From the NCBI GenBank assembly GCA_012729725.1, contig JAAYCO010000229.1:1-62806 (forward strand): a stretch of DNA of 62,806 nt. The letters run 5' to 3'. Below, piece after piece: positions 1-9,553 of this stretch. Source of the stretch: Planctomycetota bacterium (GTDB lineage Bacteria; Planctomycetota; Phycisphaerae; SM23-33). Every line of letters starts with the position of its first letter. Position 1 is the stretch's first letter. The translations under genes and the position numbers were made by a program. Under the pieces are notes generated by a model, which saw only the letters and a list, made by a program, of their open reading frames with translations, ran no database searches and was not told the origin of the DNA.

Positions 1-681
1 GGGTTCGCCGCGGGCAATAACCTTGCCATGTCGATGCTGATGCACGATGTCGAATTCATCTGGCTGATCAACAACGACGCCGTCTGCGAGAGCGGCGCAT
101 TGCAGGCGCTGTTAACGCGAATGCGAAACGATCCCGGTCTGGGCGCTGTTGGAAGCGTGGTGCTTTCCGGAGATGGGCGAAAGCTCCTGGCCTGGGGCGG
201 GGGCAGGGTGCATTACCTGTTGGGGATCAGCAGGCACGTGCATCGTAAAGGACGCCTCGACTTCATCACCGGCGCAAGCATGATGCTTCGCTCGCGGGCG
301 CTTCAATCTGTTGGCCTGTTCGACGAGTGGTTCTTCCTCTATTGGGAGGATGTTGACCTGTGCGTTCGCCTGAGGAACGCCGGGTGGCGTCTGGCGGTGG
401 CGCAGGATTCGATCATCCGCCACAAGGAAGGCGCCAGTTTCGAGGCGTTCGCGCGGCGCGACCGCATCACCAGCAAGTCGCGCGTGTTGTTCTTCCGCAA
501 GCACTCGCATCTGCCCATAGTTCCGGTCATTCTGGGCATGCTGCTGCGCTGCGGGCTGCGCCTCCTTCGGCTCTGCCCGGCGAGGGCATGGGCGGTCTTT
601 ACGGCCACATTGAACACTTTGCGAACCATGCCGCTGGATAATCCGCCGGCATCCCTTGCGAAACCAGTCGCCCGCTTCTAG
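1..681 (+). CDS. Glycosyltransferase family 2 (GT-A fold), 5'-truncated by the window edge
   Basis: Frame 1 is open from base 1 (GFAAGNNLA precedes the listed Met). 'IWLINNDAV', 'FITGASMMLRSRAL' and 'FFLYWEDVDLCVRLRNAGW' are typical of GT2 rhamnosyl-/WcaA-like transferases. Confidence 0.8.
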   Translation, partial: GFAAGNNLAMSMLMHDVEFIWLINNDAVCESGALQALLTRMRNDPGLGAVGSVVLSGDGRKLLAWGGGRVHYLLGISRHVHRKGRLDFITGASMMLRSRALQSVGLFDEWFFLYWEDVDLCVRLRNAGWRLAVAQDSIIRHKEGASFEAFARRDRITSKSRVLFFRKHSHLPIVPVILGMLLRCGLRLLRLCPARAWAVFTATLNTLRTMPLDNPPASLAKPVARF

Positions 682-693
682 ATTGAACATGAC

Positions 694-3168
694 ATGGAGC
701 GGGTGATTCTCCAGTTTCAGGGCGTGGATAGTGCGGCCCTGCTGACGGCGGCGATGTGCGCCGTGTCTCTGGCGCTGCTTTGCTGTAGCGCGTGGGCGGC
801 GCTTAGGCTCAAATGGGCGAGGGCTGCGACGTGTTTCGCTGCCGCGATTCCAACGGTGATAATCTGCTTCGCTCGCGGAAGGCTTGACGCTTCGTGGTGG
901 GTGGCGGCGGTTGGCCTTCAGGTTCTGCTTGCGGTCGGCATATTCTACTCGTGGGCGTACCGCCGCCTGAAATGGCGAAGAATCACCGTGCTGATGCTGC
1001 TTCGCACCGCGGCAGTCGGGGCCATTCTGCTAATCATGTTCAAGCCGGTCGTGCAGATGGTTCCACCGTTCATCGATGCCCGCCCGGTGCTGCCCGTGCT
1101 GATCGACGCCAGCCGGTCGATGTCTGTTGCCGACGGACCAGGGGGCACAAGCCGGCTTGATCAGGCAGCCGCGATGCTGATCTCGCAGCAGGGAAGGCTT
1201 GAAGAACACTTTCGTCCCGTGGTGCTGCGTTTTGCAGGCACGACTACGGAATTGGCCGGCGTTCAGGACGCCCAGTCCCTTTCGCCCGACGCAGAGGACG
1301 CAGACAGAACAAACATCCTGCTGGCATTGGAAACCGCCCTCCATGGTCGAACGCTTGGTGATGTCGCGGGCGTTTTGCTGCTCAGCGACGGGATTGAGAA
1401 TGTCTCGAAGTCGGTTAACGCAGCCGTGGGCGCGCCTGTGTTCGCACTTGGCGTCGGCTCGGCGGACGCCGCCAGACTGGGCAAGTGCAACACAGGCATA
1501 CTTGCGGTTGATGCGCCGTTCGAGGCTATGAAGAACAACGCGACGGATATAACAGTCCGCGTTAACGCACGCGGCGCTGCTAACGCAAGAACAGAATTAC
1601 AGCTCTTCGAGGAAGATCGCCTTGTGGCGACTGCGCCGGTCGTTATCGACGGCGACAAGACACAAACGAGCGTCGAGCTGAAGTGGACGCCACGACAGGC
1701 AAATGCCTCGCGCGGGGCGGACATCCGACGCCTCAGGCTGGACCTGTCGCCGCTGGAAGGCGAGACCGCGCTGGAGGATAACTCGGCCCACCTGCACGTG
1801 CTTGTCTCCGAACCCCGGCTGCGGGTGCTGTACGTGGAGGGGACTATCCGATCAGAGTACAAGTTCCTGATGCGGACGCTGGCGACGGATCCTAACATCC
1901 AGTTCATGTCGCTTGTTCGGGTTCGCGAAAGCGAGTTCAGCGCCTATGGCGGCATCAACAACAAGACGCTTTCGGGGCTGCCCGCCGGCAAGGAAGACTT
2001 TGACCTGTTCGACGTGCTGGTGATCGGCGATCTGGATGCGGCCTATTGGACGCCCGAGCAGCTTAATCGAATAAAGGACTTCGTCCTCGACGGCGGCGGG
2101 TTGTTGATGATCGGCGGGCATAACAGTTTCGGCCCGGGCGGTTACGCCGAAACGCCGCTTGAAGAGGTGCTGCCGGTAATTGTTGGCCCCAGGTCTCAGC
2201 CCCAGGAGGGAACACCGTTTGCTCCGATCCTGACGGCGGAGGGAAGAGAGCACCCCATATTTGACGGTATCGCCGGTTACTTCGGCGGGCCCGGAAACCA
2301 GAGCCCCTCGGCGGATCTGCCCAAGCTGCCGGAACTGCGCGGATGCGTCACGGTGGTGAAACCCAAGCCGATGGCGTCGGTTTTGGCCGTGAACAGCAAC
2401 CGGCGCAACGAGTTTGGACCTCTTGTGGTGCTGGCGACCGGCTTTTACGGAAAGGGTCGCTCGGCTGCGTTTACGGCGGACACAACCTGGCTGTGGCGTT
2501 TGCCGCTTGCTGCCGAGGCCCAGCAGGGTCCATACGAGCGATTCTGGGGCCAGATGATGCGATATCTGGCGGACGTCAAGCAGGGCGCGGATGCTCACCC
2601 ATCAGTGATAGTCAGGCCGGCGGGCCCGCAGGTGGCCCAGGGCCGGACTCTTACAGTTCGAGCGCAGCTTCGCGGAATCGACGCCCAGGCTTCCGCCGGC
2701 GCCGAGATATCCGCAGCCATCATCGCACCCGATGGCGAGTCGAGGCAGCGAATCAAGATGGCGCTCGCCGGGTCAACTGACTTGTACAAGTGCGACATGC
2801 CCGTGGACTGGAGCCCCCCCACGCAGGGCCGCCATATGATCGCGGTGACGGTTCTGGGCGAAAAAGGCGATGTAATCGCCTCTGACGAGATGCCGCTGCA
2901 CGTCGCTGCACAGAGCGCCGAGATGGATTCGCTCGCCCGCAACGATTCGCTTCTTCGCAACCTGTCCAGCCGGACCGGCGGCAGATACGCCGACATCTCG
3001 CAGATGCCCGAGTTGGTGGACGTTTTGATCGACCGCCGGCGAACTCTCTCCCCCGCCGTCGGCGGCGCCAAGACCTACCGCATGTACAGCTTCCCTGTCC
3101 TATTCACGCTTTGCGGCCTGCTGCTGACCAGCGAGTGGCTGCTTCGCCGCAAGTGGCAGCTGCGGTAA
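694..3168 (+). CDS. Multi-pass membrane protein with a VWA-like domain and a class-I glutamine-amidotransferase-like (DUF1355/ThuA-type) domain, BatA-like
   Basis: N-terminal TM helices. 'VLPVLIDASRSMSVADG' is MIDAS-like, and 'FDVLVIGDLDAAYWTPEQLNRIKDFVLDGGGLLMIGGHNSFGPGGY' is GATase1-like. A C-terminal TM anchor reads 'FPVLFTLCGLLLTSEWLLRRKW'. Confidence 0.6.
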   Translation: MERVILQFQGVDSAALLTAAMCAVSLALLCCSAWAALRLKWARAATCFAAAIPTVIICFARGRLDASWWVAAVGLQVLLAVGIFYSWAYRRLKWRRITVLMLLRTAAVGAILLIMFKPVVQMVPPFIDARPVLPVLIDASRSMSVADGPGGTSRLDQAAAMLISQQGRLEEHFRPVVLRFAGTTTELAGVQDAQSLSPDAEDADRTNILLALETALHGRTLGDVAGVLLLSDGIENVSKSVNAAVGAPVFALGVGSADAARLGKCNTGILAVDAPFEAMKNNATDITVRVNARGAANARTELQLFEEDRLVATAPVVIDGDKTQTSVELKWTPRQANASRGADIRRLRLDLSPLEGETALEDNSAHLHVLVSEPRLRVLYVEGTIRSEYKFLMRTLATDPNIQFMSLVRVRESEFSAYGGINNKTLSGLPAGKEDFDLFDVLVIGDLDAAYWTPEQLNRIKDFVLDGGGLLMIGGHNSFGPGGYAETPLEEVLPVIVGPRSQPQEGTPFAPILTAEGREHPIFDGIAGYFGGPGNQSPSADLPKLPELRGCVTVVKPKPMASVLAVNSNRRNEFGPLVVLATGFYGKGRSAAFTADTTWLWRLPLAAEAQQGPYERFWGQMMRYLADVKQGADAHPSVIVRPAGPQVAQGRTLTVRAQLRGIDAQASAGAEISAAIIAPDGESRQRIKMALAGSTDLYKCDMPVDWSPPTQGRHMIAVTVLGEKGDVIASDEMPLHVAAQSAEMDSLARNDSLLRNLSSRTGGRYADISQMPELVDVLIDRRRTLSPAVGGAKTYRMYSFPVLFTLCGLLLTSEWLLRRKWQLR

Positions 3169-3242
3169 CAAAGGGGAGTTATTTTTCCGGGTGTTTTGCA
3201 CGTAATTCGGTACAATCCCCGTTTCCATAATGGAGAGGTGAC

Positions 3243-4418
3243 ATGAGTATTCGGCTTGGCATAGTGGGCTTCGGTCTTCGCAGTTCCTCGCTGATCGCGG
3301 GATGGGCGAAGGATCCTCTGTTGGATTTTCGCGTTGCGGGCATTGTAGACCCGAATGAAGCCGGCGCAAGGGATCGCCTCGTCGAGCGCGACAAGAAGGA
3401 CGCGAAGTTTTACAGCTCGCTTGACGAAATGGTGCGCCACGGCCGGCTTGACGGTTTGATGATCGGCACTCGCTGCCACATGCACGCCGATATTGCCGCC
3501 CAGGCCGCGAAATACGATATCCCGCTGTTCCTGGAAAAGCCCGTCGCCATCAACATGGATCAGGCATTGTCGCTCGAGAAGGCATTCACCAACAGCCGTT
3601 GCCGAGTGATAGTGAGCTTTCCGCTGCGAGTTTCGCCATTGTGCCGTCTGGCCAGGCAACTGATTGAAGAAGGCGCTGTCGGCAGCCCACAACACGTTCA
3701 CGCCGTGAATTATGTTGCCTACGGCGCGGTTTACTGGCAGGAGGAGTATCGCAACTACGCCATCACGCAGGGGCTGTTTCTGCAGAAGGCCACGCACGAC
3801 CTCGATTACATCAGCTATCTGATGGGCTCGCCCATTGTCAGGATCGGCGCCATGGCCAACTTTGGAAAGGTCATGGGCGGCCAGAAGCCCTCCGGCCTCA
3901 AGTGCAGCGAGTGCGCAGAACAGGCGTCCTGCAACGAAAGTCCCCGAAACCGGGCCAAAAGCGGCACGGCATTTCCACAGGATCATCCATGCGTCTTCAG
4001 CGTGGACTGTGGAAACGCCCAAACCGGCACGAACGAGGATTGCTCAAGCGCGTTGTTCGAATTCGCAAATGGCTCGCACGGAGTCTACTCGCAGGTGTTC
4101 TTCGCCCGGCGCGACGCCGCCGCCAGAGGCGCGATCGTCAGTGGATATGACGGAACAGTCTCTTTCGACTGGTACAAGAACCAGGTCACGCACGTCAGAC
4201 ACCATCAGCCCTTTACCGACACTATCAAGGCGGGCGAGGGCATGGCCCACTTCGGCGGCGACACGGAGCTTGCGTTTGCGTTTGAAGGACTGATTAAAGG
4301 CTCAGGCGAAGGTCCCTGCCCCATTGCCGTGGGCCTTCAGTCGGTTTACGCATGCCTGGGGGCCAAGGAATCAGTCAGGACGGGCCAGTTCGTGAAGGTT
4401 CGACAGGTGCAGCTGTAG
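3243..4418 (+). CDS. Gfo/Idh/MocA family oxidoreductase with a Cys-rich insertion
   Basis: N-terminal Rossmann 'IRLGIVGFGLRS', 'FLEKPVA' motif and a GGAGAGG SD-like stretch upstream of the ATG. Six Cys lie in residues ~221-267. Confidence 0.85.
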   Translation: MSIRLGIVGFGLRSSSLIAGWAKDPLLDFRVAGIVDPNEAGARDRLVERDKKDAKFYSSLDEMVRHGRLDGLMIGTRCHMHADIAAQAAKYDIPLFLEKPVAINMDQALSLEKAFTNSRCRVIVSFPLRVSPLCRLARQLIEEGAVGSPQHVHAVNYVAYGAVYWQEEYRNYAITQGLFLQKATHDLDYISYLMGSPIVRIGAMANFGKVMGGQKPSGLKCSECAEQASCNESPRNRAKSGTAFPQDHPCVFSVDCGNAQTGTNEDCSSALFEFANGSHGVYSQVFFARRDAAARGAIVSGYDGTVSFDWYKNQVTHVRHHQPFTDTIKAGEGMAHFGGDTELAFAFEGLIKGSGEGPCPIAVGLQSVYACLGAKESVRTGQFVKVRQVQL

Positions 4419-4660
4419 TCGATCCCACACAGCGGCCAGGCTAAAGTATGATGCTTGCAGCCAGATAGATCATCGCCAGTCCAACAGCCAGCGTGAAGAT
4501 CTCGGCAGCTCCCAGAACGACTTGCCTGAATATTCTCATGATGCGCCTGTATGGAGCGTATTCCGCTCCCCTTTCCCCTATCGGCAGGCGCGGGCGCTGA
4601 TCATTAGCCACATCGCCTGATTCTTGAACAGCACGAACTGATACGGAATGGTATGCACGT

Positions 4661-6454
4661 TCAGGCAGCGGCAAAACCGCGGGCTGTGGATAATTTCGAC
4701 TCGAACAGAAACAGCGTCGCAGCCAGAAAGGCGCCAAACATCATTCCCTTGTTGGCGGTCCACTTAGATCCGGTCAGAAGCTCTTCGAGCTTCGGCCTGT
4801 TGATGAACTGCCACAGGGGGCTGTTCTTTCTAGACAGGCACACGTTTCGCATCCATTCCATGCGGGCGTTGACCCACGCTTCGTGGTCGAAGACGGGCTG
4901 ACGCCACTTATGTCTTCGGCGGCGGGGCAGGCGGGCTCTGACCACCGCTTTTTGGCCTGCCCATTGCAGAAGGTTGGCCAGGGGCCAGTCTCTGGGCCAG
5001 CTTCCCCTGTCCAGCGGAACGTCCAGCAAGCGGGGCTCCAGCACCCGCAGAAGCTCCTTGTGAAGCGCATGACAGCAGCGGTAGCGAGCGGGCATCGAGA
5101 AGGCCGCCTCGATGAATGGCAGGTCCATCATGGGGATGAACGTGTCGCTTCGCCAGGCAGCCTTTCTCATGTTCGTGCCGCCCCATCTGCGCATGGGCTC
5201 GTACAGGTAGAATATGTCTATGGCGTCAACGCCGCGGTGGCCCATATCGAAGACATTGCCAATATACTCCCGCGTGTGCCGGGCGACTTCGGCGGTCAGA
5301 TCCGCGTCAACCAGACCTTCGTAGTTCGAAACGGCCAGTCGATCCACCACGTCGTCAACGCTAAGTTGTGTCATGGCGTCCAGCGGGGTGTAATAGTAGC
5401 CCCTGGCGACTTCGCCGCCGAGTCCGGACAGTAGCGTTTCGTACACACCCACCGGCGAGTCCATCACATCGGCAATCTGCCAGATGCTGACCATTCCGTC
5501 GCACCGCCGCACGATGCGGTTTGAGCATTCATCCCACTGCTCAAGCACTGCCGAGGAGTTCTTGGTTACAAGATCGTGATCCAGCCCGTATTGGGCGGCG
5601 ATCAGCCTGGCGATCTCGACATCGGCGCTGCCCGGCTCGCCTTCGGTGATGTACCTGGCGGGTATGTCGTTCTTAAGCAGAATGGCCGTAAGCACGCGTG
5701 AGTCGCGCCCGCCGGTGATCGGGCAGCGAATTGGCAGGTGGCGCGATATCCGGACGCACGGATCGGCAAGGTCGCGCGCCAGGGCGGCAATGTCGAACTT
5801 GCCCAAGCGACGTTGACGCTTGGTCAGCAGATGTTCGGGCGAATGATAGGACGAAATCTGCACCTCGTCATCGCTCCAGAGCAACCGCCGGCCGCCGGGA
5901 ATGACATGGATTTCCTTGTACAGCGTGCGATCGTCCCAAGGCCGGTTCATGGTCAGGTACATGCCCACGCCCAGAGGATCAAGCTCGCATACGCCCGCCG
6001 CCTGCGACAGAAGACCGGCGCTGTTGCTTACCATCCACCAGCCGTCTCTGCTTAACCAGTACACTTGCAGCATTCCCAGCCAGTCGGTGACTACTTCGAG
6101 CGTCTGAGCGGTGAAGTCGGCCCTGGCCAGCACGAACTGACCGCGAACCTCACGGTCGATGGATGCCCATCTGGTCTTGAGACTGTTGGCATCGTGGCCG
6201 TCGAAACCGCCGGCGGAGGCGACAGGCAGGCCGTCGAAGAAGACGGCCTGGTCTTCGTCCTTGGCAAGATAGACTCTGGGTCCGCATAGCGCGCGCTCGG
6301 TGCAAATGCCGGCGGCGAAAACCTTGCCGCGATGAAGCCTCCAGGGGGCCCATATGTCCAAAAGCGGGTGCGCCTTAGCTGTAAGCTTGAGCGCGTCGAA
6401 GGCCGAGGCTGACAGCGACAGAGGCAGGTTCCAGCCTGTCACGAACAGGTTCAT
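4661..6454 (-). CDS. Asparagine synthetase (AsnB) family protein lacking the N-terminal catalytic Cys
   Basis: PP-loop variant 'ITGGRDSRVLTAILL' in the middle of a ~600-aa protein, with an Ntn-like N-terminal half. The protein starts MNLFVTG rather than MC. Confidence 0.75.
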   Translation of the reverse strand: MNLFVTGWNLPLSLSASAFDALKLTAKAHPLLDIWAPWRLHRGKVFAAGICTERALCGPRVYLAKDEDQAVFFDGLPVASAGGFDGHDANSLKTRWASIDREVRGQFVLARADFTAQTLEVVTDWLGMLQVYWLSRDGWWMVSNSAGLLSQAAGVCELDPLGVGMYLTMNRPWDDRTLYKEIHVIPGGRRLLWSDDEVQISSYHSPEHLLTKRQRRLGKFDIAALARDLADPCVRISRHLPIRCPITGGRDSRVLTAILLKNDIPARYITEGEPGSADVEIARLIAAQYGLDHDLVTKNSSAVLEQWDECSNRIVRRCDGMVSIWQIADVMDSPVGVYETLLSGLGGEVARGYYYTPLDAMTQLSVDDVVDRLAVSNYEGLVDADLTAEVARHTREYIGNVFDMGHRGVDAIDIFYLYEPMRRWGGTNMRKAAWRSDTFIPMMDLPFIEAAFSMPARYRCCHALHKELLRVLEPRLLDVPLDRGSWPRDWPLANLLQWAGQKAVVRARLPRRRRHKWRQPVFDHEAWVNARMEWMRNVCLSRKNSPLWQFINRPKLEELLTGSKWTANKGMMFGAFLAATLFLFESKLSTARGFAAA

Positions 6455-6560
6455 TCATCCTCGCATTCCAAAGAACGGACGATGAATGATAGGCAGGCAA
6501 ATGCCGCGCCTGGTATGCAGGCGAAACCCTATCGCTGCCCTCCGGCGTGACGCAGTCGCA

Positions 6561-7253
6561 TCAGCGGCGTGATGACCTCGGGGCGGGGCCGCGGCGGAGG
6601 GTTTCTTCCGTACGATGCGCCAACCGGTGACGCTTTCGCGGCGTGGGAATCAGGATGTCCTTTGTGCGGGCGAAGATCACGCCCTTGGCCTCCATCCGCA
6701 TGCGGGCCATTTCCGCCTTCGGGTCGTTCAAGGTCAGAATAGCATCCGCGGCGGCGATCACGCTGAAACCCCTGGTGCGCAGGCCGATGGCGGCCTGGCA
6801 AATACCGTGGGCAATGCCGGCGCCAAATATAACGAAGGTTGTCTGCTCCAATTCCGTTATCAGCCGCTCCGCGCGCGCGTGGGCGAAAATATCAATATCG
6901 CGCTTCTCGAAGATAACCTGCCTGTACTGCGTGAATATGTCGCCGGGCAGGTCGGTGGTGTTCAGCAGGCCCATGTTGATGCGGCTGGGAAGAATTGTCC
7001 GCGGCAGCTTCTGCTCGCCTTCGGTTTCGTCCAGGCAATGCATTTTGTCCGACAGGGGGCTTTTGTCCTGCCGGCGAACACGCAGAACCGTGCTCATGAC
7101 AGGTATTTCCTCGTGCCCGGCCCAGTCGAAGAGGCGGTAGACGTTCTCCAGGGCGGCAGGCGATGCGACGGGATCGTACAGCGACCCTCCCTTGCTGAAG
7201 AAATCCTTCTGCGTCTCCACGTCGAGGATGATGCGTTCATAGGTGCGGGCCAT
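6561..7253 (-). CDS. Isochorismatase-family cysteine hydrolase
   Basis: The D-K-C triad context is present: 'IILDVETQKDF', 'VIFEKRDID' and 'FVIFGAGIAHGICQAAIGLRTRGF'. Confidence 0.75.
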   Translation of the reverse strand: MARTYERIILDVETQKDFFSKGGSLYDPVASPAALENVYRLFDWAGHEEIPVMSTVLRVRRQDKSPLSDKMHCLDETEGEQKLPRTILPSRINMGLLNTTDLPGDIFTQYRQVIFEKRDIDIFAHARAERLITELEQTTFVIFGAGIAHGICQAAIGLRTRGFSVIAAADAILTLNDPKAEMARMRMEAKGVIFARTKDILIPTPRKRHRLAHRTEETLRRGPAPRSSRR

Positions 7254-7383
7254 AGGCGTCTTTCCTCCGGACGTCCAGGGGTTTAACCCAGGCTGGCGTC
7301 ATAGATATTCCTATTTACGAGAGACGGGCAAGGTTCGTTCCAATAAGAGTTTTTTCTCACGGGCGGCTTGGTATGCTGTGGCC

Positions 7384-8148
7384 ATGGACGATTCCATACC
7401 TCAACCAAGGCGAAACATCCGCCTGATAGTGGCTTACGACGGCTGGGCCTATCACGGCTGGCAACGACAGGCTGACGGGATAGACACGGTTCAGGAGCGC
7501 ATCGAACGGGCGGCGTCTCGAGTGGTTCGACACCCGGTGACGATTCATGGCGCCGGGCGGACCGACGCCGGGGTGCATGCCGAAGGCCAATGCGCCAACT
7601 TCTACACCAACCGGCTGGAGATTCCCCTTGAGGGCATGAGAAAGGCGATTGTGTCGCGCCTGCCCGCGGACATATCAATCCTCTCGGCGCAGGAGGTGAA
7701 CGAGCAGTTTCACGCCTCGCGCTCTGCTATCGGAAAGACTTATCGTTACAGGATTTACGTTTCGGCTTCGCGGCCGGTGGCGTTGGCCCGCCAGGTTTAC
7801 CATTACTGGCGGCCGCTGGACGCTCTTCGCATGGCCCAGGCGGCGAGGCGGCTGGTTGGCACACACGACTTTCGGGGCCTTGCCCAATCGGCGGAGGAAC
7901 GCGAGAACACCGTCCGCACCATCTGGCGATGCGATGTCAGTGAACAGGGCAACGAGATACACGTGACGGTGCAGGGCAATGGCTTTCTTTACAACATGGT
8001 CCGCAACATTGTCGGTACGTTAATCGAGATTGGCAGGGGCCACTGGGACGCCGACAGGATCGACCTGATACTTTCGTCACTGGATCGTCGCAACGCCGGT
8101 CCCACCGCGCCGCCGCAGGGCTTGTCGCTGGTGTGCGTGCATTACTAA
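7384..8148 (+). CDS. truA: tRNA pseudouridine(38-40) synthase TruA
   Basis: 'RNIRLIVAYDGWAYHGWQRQ' and 'HGAGRTDAGVHA' (catalytic Asp). I chose the ATG at 7384 rather than the track start 7243, which would overlap the divergent neighbour. Confidence 0.9.
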   Translation: MDDSIPQPRRNIRLIVAYDGWAYHGWQRQADGIDTVQERIERAASRVVRHPVTIHGAGRTDAGVHAEGQCANFYTNRLEIPLEGMRKAIVSRLPADISILSAQEVNEQFHASRSAIGKTYRYRIYVSASRPVALARQVYHYWRPLDALRMAQAARRLVGTHDFRGLAQSAEERENTVRTIWRCDVSEQGNEIHVTVQGNGFLYNMVRNIVGTLIEIGRGHWDADRIDLILSSLDRRNAGPTAPPQGLSLVCVHY

Positions 8149-8274
8149 AAGTCAGCCGACTGCATGCTGTCCAGAAGCAAGGCTCCAAATCAATGTCCTC
8201 GCCACGCATACAATTCAGTTGCTCAGATGCTCTCGCCGAGAGTCGGCGGCGAGAGATCAGCCAACCACAAGGGG

Positions 8275-9255
8275 ATGACAATGAGAGCCACGATTCAGAA
8301 GACAATGCAGGCAGCGGCTATCGATCACTTCGGCGGCGTCGACGCCATTTCGTTACAGGTGCTTCCCGTTCCCCAACCAGGTCCGGATGAGATACTGATT
8401 CATGTGGAATCGGCAGGCGTGGGCTCATGGGATCCTTTCGAGCGGGAAGGCGGCTTCGCAAGCATGATGGGAAGGCAGCCTAAATTCCCGTATGTCATGG
8501 GCACGGATGGCGCCGGAACCGTCATAGACGTCGGCGGCAATGTCACCCGATTCAAGGAAGGCGACCGGGTGTACGGCATGAGCCTGGCGAATCCCAAGGG
8601 CGGCTTCTACGCCCAATTCGCTGTCATTAAAGAAGATAACGCCGCCATTGTGCCGGACAAGCTCTCGATCGAGCAGGCGGGGGTGCTTGCCTGCGACGCA
8701 ATAACCGCCCTTCGCGGCCTTGACGACGCAATGAACCTTAAGCCCGGCGAATCTGTGCTGATTCTGGGGGCAAGCGGCGGCGTGGGACACCTGGCCGTGC
8801 AACTGGCGAAGAGCATGCGCGCTCGCGTGCTGGCGGTGGCATCCGGCGATGACGGCGTTGCCCTGGCCACCCGGCTTGGCGCGGATGCGGTAATCGACGG
8901 ACACAAGGACGACATTGTCGCCGCAGCCGAAAGCTTCGCGCCAGATGGTGTGGACGCCGCCCTTCTTACCGCCGGCGGCGAGGCCGCCGAGCAGGCGCTC
9001 TCTGTCGTGCGCCAAGGCGGGCGAGCGGCCTTCCCCAACGGCGTCGAGCCCGAACCTCAGTCCTATGCGGGCATTAACGTCACCAGCTATGACGGCATGC
9101 CCGATCATGATGTGCTGGAGAAGCTGAACCATCTGATCGAATCGGGACCGTTCGACGTGCATGTGGCCAGGGTATTCAAGCTTGAGCAGGCTGCCGACGC
9201 TCATCGTGCGCTCGATTCGCATTACCTGGGCAAGCTGGCGCTGCGGCCCGCATAG
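8275..9255 (+). CDS. NADPH:quinone oxidoreductase / zinc-type alcohol dehydrogenase superfamily (MDR)
   Basis: 'ILIHVESAGVGSWD', 'GESVLILGASGGVGHLAVQLAK' and 'GKLALRP'. The likely start is ATG 8275 or 8281, preceded by AAGGGG. Confidence 0.85.
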   Translation: MTMRATIQKTMQAAAIDHFGGVDAISLQVLPVPQPGPDEILIHVESAGVGSWDPFEREGGFASMMGRQPKFPYVMGTDGAGTVIDVGGNVTRFKEGDRVYGMSLANPKGGFYAQFAVIKEDNAAIVPDKLSIEQAGVLACDAITALRGLDDAMNLKPGESVLILGASGGVGHLAVQLAKSMRARVLAVASGDDGVALATRLGADAVIDGHKDDIVAAAESFAPDGVDAALLTAGGEAAEQALSVVRQGGRAAFPNGVEPEPQSYAGINVTSYDGMPDHDVLEKLNHLIESGPFDVHVARVFKLEQAADAHRALDSHYLGKLALRPA

Positions 9256-9339
9256 ACCAATGCCGCGGGGGCGTCTGCATTCGATAGATGCTGGATAATT
9301 TGTCTTGTCGATGGCTCATCCACGAGGAGCATCCCGACG

Positions 9340-9368
9340 TTGACAGCCGACGCAGGGGCTGCTAGACT
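9340..9368 (+). promoter_or_regulatory. Sigma-70-like promoter for tRNA-His (TTGACA - 17 nt - TAGACT)
   Basis: TTGACA at 9340-9345 and TAGACT at 9363-9368 with an exact 17-nt spacer, 28 nt upstream of the tRNA. Confidence 0.45.
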
Positions 9369-9395
9369 TTCCAAATCGGCCGGATCGGCTGACAT

Positions 9396-9469
9396 GGTGG
9401 ATGTAGCTCAGTTGGCAGAGCATCGGGTTGTGGTCCCGAGGGCCGCGGGTTCAAGTCCCGTCATCCACC
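9396..9469 (+). tRNA. tRNA-His (anticodon GTG)
   Basis: Cloverleaf read by hand. The acceptor is G(-1)+GTGGATG/CATCCAC with discriminator C, the D stem is GCTC/GAGC, and the anticodon stem is TCGGG/CCCGA with loop TTGTGGT. The T arm is GCGGG-TTCAAGT-CCCGT. CCA is not encoded. Confidence 0.9.
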
Positions 9470-9553
9470 CTTACCCCCCCGCTCCAGACAGCCTCCAGCG
9501 GCGCTTTCTATATGACCGGACATTGCACCTTTGGTATGACAACGATCAGGAGA

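Noticed and set aside
112-690. Long ORFs antisense to, or out of frame with, recognisable genes. Examples are 112..690(-), 1263..1907(-), 12639..13928(+), 26707..27891(-), 47714..49177(+), 53166..53921(+), 54015..54716(+), 16183..17070(-) and 60604..61164(-).
   Set aside because: These are shadow ORFs typical of high-GC DNA. Their products are Arg/Pro/Gly-rich with no motifs, and each overlaps a gene on the other strand or frame that has clear family signatures.
4441-4737. A 98-aa ORF downstream of the AsnB-like gene. An internal 32-aa hydrophobic peptide (MRIFRQVVLGAAEIFTLAVGLAMIYLAASIIL, 4441..4539) was considered as a possible lasso or RiPP-type partner.
   Set aside because: The long form overlaps the AsnB-like gene by 77 nt and is Arg/Pro-rich. 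The short form has no SD. There is no leader-peptide or B-protease context, so the evidence is insufficient.
4661-6454. A lasso-peptide biosynthetic cluster centred on the Cys-less AsnB homologue.
   Set aside because: No transglutaminase-like B protein, RRE or plausible precursor ORF is adjacent. The neighbours are glycan/oxidoreductase-type genes.
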